DNA of 64,000 nt from an uncultured candidate division WWE3 bacterium (GTDB lineage Bacteria; Patescibacteriota; WWE3; UBA101185; UBA10185). Under the pieces are notes generated by a model. The model searched no databases, was not told the DNA's origin, and worked only from the letters and a program-made list of their open reading frames with translations. The stretch lies in assembly GCA_963765125.1 (NCBI GenBank), contig CAVXUZ010000005.1:177816-241815 (forward strand), read 5' to 3'. The translations under genes and the position numbers were made by a program. Of the stretch, positions 1 to 9,132 are shown piece after piece; within the stretch, counting starts at the first letter, position 1; every line of letters starts with the position of its first letter.

Positions 1-178
1 TTACATATAGTCAAGCAAAAAAATACCTAGAAGAATTAACGCTAGAATCTAACCATGAACGAAAATATACAAAATATTCTCGAGGAATTAAAAGCAAAAG
101 AACCAGTTTTTTAAACTCTTTAGATAATTGTTCAACAAAAGAAAGACTTAAAAATATCAATAAGCTTTTTATTGTTAT

Positions 179-1693
179 CTACTTTACTTGTTTTAGCTCG
201 TTACCATCCCACTCAATCACAGGCCCGTTTCCATAATCTGCATTTATTTCTACTGAATGGTTTTGCCACGTTCCATAATCAATTGTTTTGTTCTCGGGAC
301 CTTCAAAAGGTACTATTGCAAAATAAAGTTTTATTTTATAGCTATTTGATGATGTCTCCTCCAATGTTCCACTTTCTTTAAACTGTGCTACCCGAAACTC
401 TCTTCTAAAGCTTTCACCATTATCAAAAACTTTACCCAAAGTATAAATACCACCAAGATCTATGTCCTCTTCAGGTTTAGCTGCTAAATCATCCCAGCAT
501 GTTGGTGAATAGCAAGTATCCATCATAAAAGAAGACCCGCTCACGTTTACCACTTTAATAATCTGATTTGGAATATCTTCTATCTTATTTTCAGTTATTT
601 CTTCTTTTACAACATCACCTGTTCTTTCAGTTTCTTTAGTTGAAATTGCCAAGAAATCCTCTACTTCTGCCTGTGTCATTGGCTTATATTCCTTGTTTAG
701 ACTCTTTAACCAAGCTTCGACTTCAACCATTTCCATTTCTGTAGCGGTGACGGTCTCTGGGTATTTAGCTTGTCTAATACGTTGAAAAGGTTTCTGATAT
801 TCAAAATTTCTAAGATCTACACCGATTACCTTACCTTCTTGAGCAGCGTCTCTAGCCTGCTCTAACCCGATCATCACGCTGTCGAATTTACCAAACGCAT
901 TACCAAGATTGCTGGGTACATTGGCAATAGTCAAAATATTGGCAATTGGCTCGGTTACAGTTCTTACATTTCCAACAAATGAAGATACTTTGTTTCTATC
1001 ACCCATAGCTATTTGAGCACCATCCTCGGTCACTTCTAGCGCCAAATCAACTCCTACAATAACCACAGATGCCTGAGTTAGTGTTCCAGCAGTAGCTAAT
1101 CCTGCAACGCCTCCGGTCAAGACAACTCCTCCAACGAAACCAACAACCTTACAACCATCCTTGACCACAATGGCGGTATTTTCTAATGTTTCAAAAGAAT
1201 CTCCTTCTTCTGTAAAGACATCAGAATTTATTTGAGCCTGAGCTTGATCTAGAATGATTTGAGCTCTTTTGGCATCCACACCCAAATGATTCGCTAAAGT
1301 TGAAATTCCTTTAAATCTTGGCGCTTTATCGTAGATAGCTGAGATTTCCTTAGCTGTATAAGCATTGACTATTTGAATTAATTGATAATTGGCAGCGGCT
1401 TTTTCTGCAGTGATAGTAGCAGAAGTCTCAAGTTTTTGTGATTCCTTTTCCAGGCTGTTCCAATCTTTAATCAACTCTGCCATATCGTTTTTCCATGTTG
1501 AGTAATCAGCATATTCTTCTGCGTTCACTAAGATATTATCGGTTCGATAGCGCAATATTAAATATGCTTTAGAGACGTCATACGTTGATCCTATGACTTT
1601 TTGCTCATTTTGATTACGATTATTAATAAGTAAAGCTACAACTATAACCAACACAATAATCGCAAAGAATATAAGTAGTTTTTTGTTTATCAT
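179..1693 (-). CDS. hypothetical membrane-anchored protein (single N-terminal TM, large extracytoplasmic domain)
   Basis: 504-aa ORF with a hydrophobic N-terminus (LLIFFAIIVLVIVVALLI). No recognised catalytic motif. Co-oriented immediately downstream of the giant surface protein. Confidence 0.5.
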   Translation of the reverse strand: MINKKLLIFFAIIVLVIVVALLINNRNQNEQKVIGSTYDVSKAYLILRYRTDNILVNAEEYADYSTWKNDMAELIKDWNSLEKESQKLETSATITAEKAAANYQLIQIVNAYTAKEISAIYDKAPRFKGISTLANHLGVDAKRAQIILDQAQAQINSDVFTEEGDSFETLENTAIVVKDGCKVVGFVGGVVLTGGVAGLATAGTLTQASVVIVGVDLALEVTEDGAQIAMGDRNKVSSFVGNVRTVTEPIANILTIANVPSNLGNAFGKFDSVMIGLEQARDAAQEGKVIGVDLRNFEYQKPFQRIRQAKYPETVTATEMEMVEVEAWLKSLNKEYKPMTQAEVEDFLAISTKETERTGDVVKEEITENKIEDIPNQIIKVVNVSGSSFMMDTCYSPTCWDDLAAKPEEDIDLGGIYTLGKVFDNGESFRREFRVAQFKESGTLEETSSNSYKIKLYFAIVPFEGPENKTIDYGTWQNHSVEINADYGNGPVIEWDGNELKQVK

Positions 1694-1762
1694 AAAGCAA
1701 TATTACTAGATTTAATTATTCTTACAAGCAAAAAAGATTTGATAGAAATTAATTTGTGATAG

Positions 1763-4700
1763 TTATAAATTAGGTGTAACAGTAAAATAAACAATATCTG
1801 TATATTCTCCCGCTATTGTGTTTGGGGACATCGTTGCTTTAAATAACAACGTTGCAGTTTCGTCTGCAACTCCTACAGTATTTGAAAAAATAGGATTTGT
1901 TGAGATTTCTAATCCACCTACAGTATTTCCACTTACATTATATTTTGAGTCAACCACAGCTGTAGCAGAACTTGCCTGGACACCGTAGCCTTCTACACCT
2001 GGTGTTAAAACCATGTCAGCTGACATAATTGTGCTACCAGAGCCGTTAAATAATCCACCAACATAACCATTGCCATCATCATTTATATAAACTTGGTATC
2101 CTGTATACCCGTTGGTATTAACTGCTACGTTCATAGTGGTAGTTTGAGAGATACTATTAATATTTAAGGTGCCCAATGTTAGAGATGCTTTTGAAACTGA
2201 CATGTTTACATAGGGTACAGTAGTAGTAGACGCATTAGATTCAGGGCTATACTCTGTCTCAGTAAAATCCCCTTGCAGTGCCTTTACTCTCGCTTTGTAT
2301 GTACTTTTTGGCATTAAATCAAGAATATAAGAGCCCGAACTTCCTCCCCACGAATCATAAGTTCTATAATCTTCTATTCCCAAAGTGTCTCCTACAGTAC
2401 CGTCGTTTTGTACATACTGATAAGAGCTGAAGTCGTTTGATGATACTTTGACTGCATATAAAGTGTCCGTAGGATTGCCCGCAGTGCTCAACGTTATGGT
2501 TAACCTACTATAAGAATTATCTGAATTTATTAAAGCCGGCGCATACGGTGTGTTAACTTCAATTCTTGAGTTATATCCAATCTTAGTTCTGAAACTAGCA
2601 GAGTCGTCAATTCCTGCAAACGGGTTTATTTCACCAAGTATGCCAAAGTTTGTACTAGACCCAGAGGCTGAGCCTGCAGAAAGAGCGTCACCTCTTATTC
2701 TAAAACTGGGGCTGTACATTTCATCTGACGTAAACTCTTGCTCATCCTCCCAACTACCGTAGGCGGGTTCGTTGTTAGTGTAACTCCTAATCCAAATTGC
2801 GTCATAGTTTGAATACGTTGTTGAGTAGGTAAAAACACCTGTTCTTCCGGTACTGTATGTGGTTTCACTTGATCTTGTTGTTGTACTTGTGGGTGTACCT
2901 GTATAAACAGCTGACTCGGTGTATAGTTCCGAGATAAGTGAATTACTATTTGCTCTATATAAATTAACCAGATACCAAGTATCTAAAGAAACTAAATAAG
3001 ATCCATTAGTAATAAGAGTGTATGAAGTGTCAACTCTAATTTGTGGAGAAACAGCGCCTCTACCATCTAATGTTGCCTGGTATCCGCTGTTTGCGGACGA
3101 CGCACCGGCTGTATGCAACCCTGGACCAAGTGTATCTACATCGATTGCGCCAGACTCAATACGAAGCCACCCCTCTTGAACATAGTTGTCAACGCTAAAA
3201 TTATTAACGTCCTGCATCTGAATTCTATAATCATTAGACGCATGATTTACGTCACCACAGCCGCTACCTTCTTTACACGAATTGGTACTAGTAGAAAATG
3301 TAATTCCCGAAGCACCCGCAGTATCAAAAAGAATGTTACTATCATCAAAATCCTCAAAATGATCAAACGTAGCAGAGCCATTGGATGTCGTTGATGCTGA
3401 GGAATTACCATAATAAATTAGAATACCAGCACCCCCTGATAAAGGAATAGAATCAATCTCAACATAAAAAACAGCCTTGTCACTATCAATTTTTTGTATA
3501 AGGTAATAGTCGAGCTCAACTCCATCGAGACTTGTAAATCTAATATCTCCAAAATCAGTTTTGCATTTGGAATCTAGGTATACATTCATGCCACTGTCAG
3601 TTCCACTGCCGTAATTTACAACTATCTTTTTTTCGTAGTTTAATAGTGTCCCGTCTACTGATGACTCAATATTTAATGGTTTTCTATATTGCCAAGAGCT
3701 ATTAAGCCAACCAGTAATCTCAATAATTGGCGCAACCTCTTCCTCTAAGCTCCAAAAGCCAAAAGTGGGTTCATCTTCTGTACGATTTCTAATCCATATT
3801 GCATCAAAATTTGAATATGCTGTTGAATATGCAAACACACCGTGTCTACCTGTATTGCGCGTGGTTTCACTTGAACGTACCGTTGTAGTTGTTGGTGTAT
3901 TCGTATATGCTGCTCCTTCAGTAAACAACTCAGACTTAATGTCACTACCATTATCCCTATAAAGGTTAATAAGATACCAGGTGTTCAATGCTATTTGATA
4001 CGCGCCATTCGTTCTCCCAGTATTGCTAGTATCTTCTCTTATTTGTGGTGATTCTGCACTCCTATAGTCTATTATTGCCTGGTAACCGTTCAGTGAAGAA
4101 GCTGCGCCTGCCATGTGCAAACCAGGTCCGAATTGATCGTTACCTGTAGCACCAGATTCAATCCTTAACCATCCCTCTTCAATATACTCGTCGACATCAA
4201 AATCTGTAGTGTTTTGCATTTGTGTTCTATACGCCATAGATGGATTATTTACATCACCGCACCCACCCCCTTCCTTACATGAAGTAGTACTTGCAACAAA
4301 AGTTACACCAGCAGATCCAGCTGTGTCGAAAAGCCAGCTACTGTCATCAAAGTCCTCAAAGTGATCAAAGGTAGCAGATCCGTTTGATGTAGTTGATGCA
4401 GCGACATTGCCATAATATATATATACGTCGGTTCCTCCAGAGGCTGGAATTGAATTAATTTCTACAAAAAAAGTTGCTTTATCACTATCAGTTTTTTGTA
4501 ATAGGTAATAGTCTAGTTCTGTTCCATTTTCTGTGGCAAACCTAATATCTCCAAAATCTATATTACTTTTTGAGTTTAAATACACGTCCATGTCGCTGTC
4601 AGTACCAGCACCATAATTTACAGTTATTTTTTTTTCGTAATTTGTTAACACACCATCCGCAGAAGAATTAATATGTATTGATTTTCTGTACTGCCAAGCG

Positions 4701-4849
4701 CTGCTAAACCAAGCAGCCTCAACAACAGGAGGGTTTATGATGAAGGTGAGAAAAATAGCTCCTACAGTTAAACAACAAAACAAGCCATAACGTATCTGAC
4801 AAAGTACTCTAAAACAAATACCTAATGTTTTTCTTAAATAGCGAAGCAT
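1763..4849 (-). CDS. large secreted/surface protein with two tandem DUF2341-like + concanavalin/LamG-like modules and a C-terminal Ig-like region
   Basis: 1028-aa ORF with an N-terminal signal/TM. Two ~330-aa internal copies each start with WQYRK..I.I.S..DG.L.NYEKKI.VNYG.GTDS, which matches my memory of the DUF2341 N-terminal signature. Each copy continues through FGDIRF...LDYYL and CKEG.GCGDVN. The C-terminal third has a beta-rich, Ig-like composition. Confidence 0.6.
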   Translation of the reverse strand: MLRYLRKTLGICFRVLCQIRYGLFCCLTVGAIFLTFIINPPVVEAAWFSSAWQYRKSIHINSSADGVLTNYEKKITVNYGAGTDSDMDVYLNSKSNIDFGDIRFATENGTELDYYLLQKTDSDKATFFVEINSIPASGGTDVYIYYGNVAASTTSNGSATFDHFEDFDDSSWLFDTAGSAGVTFVASTTSCKEGGGCGDVNNPSMAYRTQMQNTTDFDVDEYIEEGWLRIESGATGNDQFGPGLHMAGAASSLNGYQAIIDYRSAESPQIREDTSNTGRTNGAYQIALNTWYLINLYRDNGSDIKSELFTEGAAYTNTPTTTTVRSSETTRNTGRHGVFAYSTAYSNFDAIWIRNRTEDEPTFGFWSLEEEVAPIIEITGWLNSSWQYRKPLNIESSVDGTLLNYEKKIVVNYGSGTDSGMNVYLDSKCKTDFGDIRFTSLDGVELDYYLIQKIDSDKAVFYVEIDSIPLSGGAGILIYYGNSSASTTSNGSATFDHFEDFDDSNILFDTAGASGITFSTSTNSCKEGSGCGDVNHASNDYRIQMQDVNNFSVDNYVQEGWLRIESGAIDVDTLGPGLHTAGASSANSGYQATLDGRGAVSPQIRVDTSYTLITNGSYLVSLDTWYLVNLYRANSNSLISELYTESAVYTGTPTSTTTRSSETTYSTGRTGVFTYSTTYSNYDAIWIRSYTNNEPAYGSWEDEQEFTSDEMYSPSFRIRGDALSAGSASGSSTNFGILGEINPFAGIDDSASFRTKIGYNSRIEVNTPYAPALINSDNSYSRLTITLSTAGNPTDTLYAVKVSSNDFSSYQYVQNDGTVGDTLGIEDYRTYDSWGGSSGSYILDLMPKSTYKARVKALQGDFTETEYSPESNASTTTVPYVNMSVSKASLTLGTLNINSISQTTTMNVAVNTNGYTGYQVYINDDGNGYVGGLFNGSGSTIMSADMVLTPGVEGYGVQASSATAVVDSKYNVSGNTVGGLEISTNPIFSNTVGVADETATLLFKATMSPNTIAGEYTDIVYFTVTPNL
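2750..4711 (-). repeat. tandem duplication of a ~990-nt coding module (two copies, about 4711-3725 and 3724-2750) inside the surface-protein gene
   Basis: The protein copies are ~60-70% identical over ~325 aa. DNA-level similarity is also visible, e.g. ccaagagctattaagccaacc versus ctgccaagcgctgctaaaccaagc. Confidence 0.7.
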
Positions 4850-5551
4850 TGGTTTAATTTTAGCAGATATATATTAAGTAAATGAGGGGTTTGTCTTACT
4901 ACAAGGGATAAAACCAGTTTATATTTTCACTATGAGCTCCAAAAAGGTTTTTATGTGTAGTCTAGTTAAAATTTAATTATTTTGTAATTATCTATTTATG
5001 CATCAAAAGGTTTTTGTGGCTGACCATCGCCATCGATGTTAGAACTGCTATTTTAATTTAAAAGCACTCAGTAAGCCTTACAAACTCCAGAATTTCCACT
5101 CTCATATATACCCACCTCTTTTACCGCAATCTTTTTAAGTGTAGATGTTATTTCTTTCGTATCAACCTTTTGAGAGACTTTACCAAGCGTTACGTGTGAA
5201 TTGTAGGTTGTGAATACCCAAGGAGTGCTATATTTAAAGCCATTCGTTTTTCGTCTTTGTTGAGTTCATTCATATAATTACTATCATAGTATTTCTCCCT
5301 AACAAACCCATCTCTTTGAATACCTATCTTCTCAATAATTGTTTTCTGTAATTTTCTTAACTCGCCACTTAACTTGAAATTGAGATATCGATACATTGAT
5401 AAAGGTCACAAAAAAGGAAATGAAGTTATTACCGTTTCCAATAATCATAGCTAAAAGTCCTTGTATGTTTAATGTTTATATCCCAATTGAAAGACAATTA
5501 TGGTTTGGTGATTTTGCATGACGCTACACTCATAATCTGTATAATTAAAGT

Positions 5552-6157
5552 ATGAAAAATAATAAACTAATCTCAATTCTGATAATAATCTTAGTTTGTA
5601 TGGGTTATTTACTATATAAAAATAATCAAAGTGAATCACCAAATAAATCCCCTGAAATTACAACAATGGAACAAACTGAACCTAAAGACGAAAAACACCA
5701 AATAGGATTAAGCAACCCTGCATCGACCTATTGCGCACAGAACAATGGTGAGTTGGAAATAATTACCGATGCTGATGGAAGCCAATTTGGTCTATGCAAA
5801 TTTAAGGATTTCTCTTGCGAGGAGTGGACTTACTTTAGAGGCGAGTGCGACATTACAGGAGATGCTGAGAGTATTAGACAGGAACTAATTAAAAAAGGGT
5901 TAGATCTTTCAAAAATGAAAGTGGTTATAAACAAGCATTTAGGTAAATATATTGGAGCGTCTGTCGTACCTGTAGACATCAGTGAGGGTGGTGGCGGTGG
6001 TTACGTGTTTGCGGTAAAAGATGAGGGCGTAATTAAAGTACTAGCTGACGGTAACGGGATAATTTCATGTGAGTCGTTTAAGGATTATCCTGAATACCCA
6101 GCATATTTAGTATCTGGATGTGTGGATTCTGTTACGGGCGATGTTGTGAAAAGATAG
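5552..6157 (+). CDS. secreted DUF333 (putative hemolysin/YoaF-like) domain protein with an extra C-terminal domain
   Basis: N-terminal TM/signal, then NPASTYCAQNNGELEI...DGSQFGLCKF.DFSCEEWTYFRGEC, the characteristic Cys-rich DUF333 motif. Good SD/AT-rich upstream. Confidence 0.55.
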   Translation: MKNNKLISILIIILVCMGYLLYKNNQSESPNKSPEITTMEQTEPKDEKHQIGLSNPASTYCAQNNGELEIITDADGSQFGLCKFKDFSCEEWTYFRGECDITGDAESIRQELIKKGLDLSKMKVVINKHLGKYIGASVVPVDISEGGGGGYVFAVKDEGVIKVLADGNGIISCESFKDYPEYPAYLVSGCVDSVTGDVVKR

Positions 6158-6400
6158 TGATTTTCTATTTGGCTGGAACATTGTGCTTTAGTCGGAACAT
6201 TATTAAAGTTAAATATCACTAACTATCTTTAAAAATAATCACGAAACTGTTAATCAGTCTCTACAATGGTTCGAACTGGAAGATAAGTTGTTGTTAGAGG
6301 AAAATCAACCTATTTTATATTCATGCCTGGCCGTCTGGTCTCAGATTGGAACTTTTTCTAGTGTATTTTAGCGGCAAGTACTGAAATATATGCTAGATTT

Positions 6401-6874
6401 TTAAGGCATAAAACCATTTAGTATTTGGATATATTTTTCTTGAATCTCTTTTGGCACCAAAAAATCTTCTAAAAGCTCCATTTTGCCTTTGTTTATAATT
6501 ATTCGGTTACAAGGAGAATAGTAAAACTCATTTTTAGTAGCAACAAAAAGAAATGATGGATCCCATGATTTAACAGCTTCCAGAGCTAAATCATTTATTT
6601 CCTTGTAATTAATTGTGTTTCTATATTTTACTTCCACTAAATATGCTTCAGATTTATCATTTTTTATTAAAACAAAATCTGGCATTTTATTAAAATTACT
6701 AACTACTTTTGGGAGAATAAGATTATGATACTGGGCTAGTTCAGGAATTGTATTCTCGTAACCAAAGGGAATTACAGTGAAATTTCCAACTTCAGAGAAC
6801 ATTTGTTGAAAAATAACTTCGGTGATTTTACCCTTTATTAATTGTGTAACAAAATATGTATGATCCTTTTCCAC
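6401..6874 (-). CDS. hypothetical protein with a PD-(D/E)xK nuclease-like motif
   Basis: 157 aa. PDFVLIK...AYLVEVKYR fits the D-x(n)-E-x-K core of restriction-endonuclease-fold proteins. No other family signal. Confidence 0.35.
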   Translation of the reverse strand: MEKDHTYFVTQLIKGKITEVIFQQMFSEVGNFTVIPFGYENTIPELAQYHNLILPKVVSNFNKMPDFVLIKNDKSEAYLVEVKYRNTINYKEINDLALEAVKSWDPSFLFVATKNEFYYSPCNRIIINKGKMELLEDFLVPKEIQEKYIQILNGFMP

Positions 6875-6951
6875 ATATAAATCATACCCTACATTTGTAG
6901 TTAATGAAAAAATTGTTAATTGGATATGTTGTTGCTATAGAAAGAAAACTC

Positions 6952-7025
6952 TGGCTGGGGAACAGGGACTCGAACCCCAATTTTCGGGACCAAAACCCGA
7001 CGTGCTGCCATTACACCATTCCCCA
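6952..7025 (-). tRNA. tRNA-Gln (anticodon UUG)
   Basis: The reverse complement folds as a canonical cloverleaf: acceptor TGGGGAA/TTCCCCA, anticodon stem TCGGG/CCCGA with loop TTTTGGT, T-loop GGTTCGAGTCC, 3' CCA encoded. Confidence 0.8.
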
Positions 7026-7069
7026 ATGGTTTACTAAAACTCAAAAAATCACCAAACCAAAAATATATT

Positions 7070-7147
7070 TGGTGGGCCTGCATGGGACTCGAACCAAGGA
7101 CCTCTCGGATGTAAACCGAACGCTCTAACCAGCTGAGCTACAGGCCC
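7070..7147 (-). tRNA. tRNA-Val (anticodon UAC), T-arm imperfect
   Basis: Reverse complement GGGCCTGTAGCTCAGCTGGTTAGAGCG...TTTACAT...GGTTCGAGTCC...CAGGCCCACCA. Acceptor, D-arm and anticodon arm are canonical. The T-stem has mismatches or one extra nt (78 nt including CCA). Confidence 0.55.
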
Positions 7148-7225
7148 AAAAGAAATTTACCTCTTAGGCTTACGTATTTTAACAATATTTTTAGGTTTTA
7201 TCATCAATTAATCTATAATGTACTT

Positions 7226-8122
7226 ATGAGATTGAAGCTACTTTTACTATTTACGATTATTATCGTTTGCACGCTACTTCTATATTTTGTAGCCGATTTA
7301 GATAATCACAATGTTTTAGGCCTAAAAAACGACGAGTCATCGGTTTTTGAAAAGTTTTTACCGAAGTTTAATACTCTTCAAAGAAGTTCACGATTTAAAA
7401 ATCTAACTGATGTAACTAAAGGTAAAGAAGGAACATTTGGAATTTATATTAAAGATTTAGATTCTGGTGCTACTTTCGCTTTTAATGAGACAGAGTTATT
7501 TTATGCGGCGTCTCTATTTAAAACTCCCCTAGCAGCGTCTGTGCTAAAACTCGTAGATGAGGGCGCTCTTAAATTAGATAACGAAAATATTTACACGCAG
7601 TCAGATTATTCTGACGGTACTGGTTCAATTGCTTACAACTCTTACGGTTTAACTTACACCTATGACCAACTACTAGACCTATTACTAAAAGAATCTGATA
7701 ATTCTGCACAAAATATAATTATGAGAACAATAGGTGCTCCAAACGCTGAAAATGCATTTAAACTAATTCCACTAAAAAATCACTTTTTTGAGAATAATAC
7801 TGCCACTCCTGAACAAATCGCTATTTTTTATGAAAAGCTTGTAATGAGCAACTATTTAAAGAAAGACAGCTTAGATAGCCTTTTGGAGCGTATGAAGAGC
7901 ACTTTGTTTGATGATAGGGTGCATTTAGGTCTTGAAGAAAACGTTGAATTTGCGCATAAAATTGGCAATTGGCCAGATACTTCAACTTGGCATGACTGTG
8001 GTTTGGTGATTGACGAAAATAATACAATAGTCGTTTGCTTGATGAGTAGATACACTACGCTTGAAGATTTTAATATAGTAGCTAAGAGTACAGGTGAATT
8101 TGTTAATTACCTGCTAGACTAA
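7226..8122 (+). CDS. class A beta-lactamase-related serine hydrolase (PBP-like), membrane-anchored
   Basis: SxxK (AASLFKTP), SDN (ESDNSAQN) and a KTG-like HKIGNW in the correct order and spacing. N-terminal TM. Confidence 0.55.
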   Translation: MRLKLLLLFTIIIVCTLLLYFVADLDNHNVLGLKNDESSVFEKFLPKFNTLQRSSRFKNLTDVTKGKEGTFGIYIKDLDSGATFAFNETELFYAASLFKTPLAASVLKLVDEGALKLDNENIYTQSDYSDGTGSIAYNSYGLTYTYDQLLDLLLKESDNSAQNIIMRTIGAPNAENAFKLIPLKNHFFENNTATPEQIAIFYEKLVMSNYLKKDSLDSLLERMKSTLFDDRVHLGLEENVEFAHKIGNWPDTSTWHDCGLVIDENNTIVVCLMSRYTTLEDFNIVAKSTGEFVNYLLD

Positions 8123-8126
8123 ATAT

Positions 8127-8621
8127 ATGTATTGGTATAAAGAGACAAACACCGACCAGTTTAAAGAATATTACGCAAAAAGAAATTCAATAGTAGCAAA
8201 AATGAAGCGTGCATTTGTTATTTACACATTTTTTACTATTTTAGCAATTGGAGGATTTCTACTATTTTCAGGAATAAATTATTTTGACGTACCAAATCTA
8301 TGTTTTTTAAAAATTAAATATGATAATAAAAATGGCGACGCAGGCACTATAAAGCAAGCAATAGAAAAGATAAAAGTGGAGGATTTTACAAAATATCGAG
8401 AACTATGTACTTATGTAGATAAAATATTTGAAAAACCCTGCACACTAGCCTCACCTAAAAATGGAAACCTCTTTGTCGCAAACTCTGATGGTTGCTATAT
8501 TTACGGCTCAAAAATAATTATGATAGAGCCAGAAGTTGCAGAAGATGGGTTGGTAAGTAGGCGCGCTAATCTGATTAAGAATTACACAGAAAAATCAAAA
8601 ACGTTTTGGGTATCTCAATAA
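8127..8621 (+). CDS. hypothetical membrane protein
   Basis: 164-aa ORF with one TM segment. No recognisable motif. Confidence 0.4.
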   Translation: MYWYKETNTDQFKEYYAKRNSIVAKMKRAFVIYTFFTILAIGGFLLFSGINYFDVPNLCFLKIKYDNKNGDAGTIKQAIEKIKVEDFTKYRELCTYVDKIFEKPCTLASPKNGNLFVANSDGCYIYGSKIIMIEPEVAEDGLVSRRANLIKNYTEKSKTFWVSQ

Positions 8622-8622
8622 T

Positions 8623-9057
8623 TTATAATTTTGTAACACTGTCTAAAAACACTGTACTTTTCTCATAGCATTCGACTTCATCAAGGTATCTACCCTCTCT
8701 CGCCTGCATAGCGTGGCACATTTCGTGAATAATAATCGCTGAGCCAACAGCAGGGTTTGATTGATCATTTCCGACATATATCTTTTGAGGTTTACTTGCT
8801 CTAAAACAACCTCCGTCAAAACCACCGCAGCTTGGATTCATATCAATTACTTCAATATTTGTACAAAGTTTTTGATAATTATCTGGCGTGGCGTATTTAA
8901 TGATTCTAATTGCTTCTTTAGTATCTAGATTACTTGGAAGATATGAGGGAATGATTGTAATAAAACACTTGTTATCTTTGTCGAAATATATGAAGAAATG
9001 GTATACAAATAATCCAAAAAGAACAAACAAAAAAATAAATTTCAAAATCTTCTTCAT
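8623..9057 (-). CDS. small secreted Cys-rich protein with an HExxH motif (putative Zn-metallopeptidase-like)
   Basis: Signal/TM N-terminus. IIIHEMCHAMQ contains HExxH. Family not identified. Confidence 0.35.
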   Translation of the reverse strand: MKKILKFIFLFVLFGLFVYHFFIYFDKDNKCFITIIPSYLPSNLDTKEAIRIIKYATPDNYQKLCTNIEVIDMNPSCGGFDGGCFRASKPQKIYVGNDQSNPAVGSAIIIHEMCHAMQAREGRYLDEVECYEKSTVFLDSVTKL

Positions 9058-9132
9058 ACAATAAGAGTAGATGATTTATCGTAAAAGAGCAAAGAAAGAC
9101 CCGAACTAAATATATAATTCGGGTCTTTGAGA

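Noticed and set aside
2550-3962. Short antisense ORFs inside the 1028-aa gene (2550-2762, 3113-3394, 3745-3951, 3765-3962)
   Set aside because: They are embedded in a long, well-supported CDS on the opposite strand and have low-complexity, non-protein-like composition.
6904-7128. 74-aa plus-strand ORF
   Set aside because: It lies entirely across the tRNA-Gln/tRNA-Val genes on the opposite strand. It is a translation artifact of tRNA sequence.
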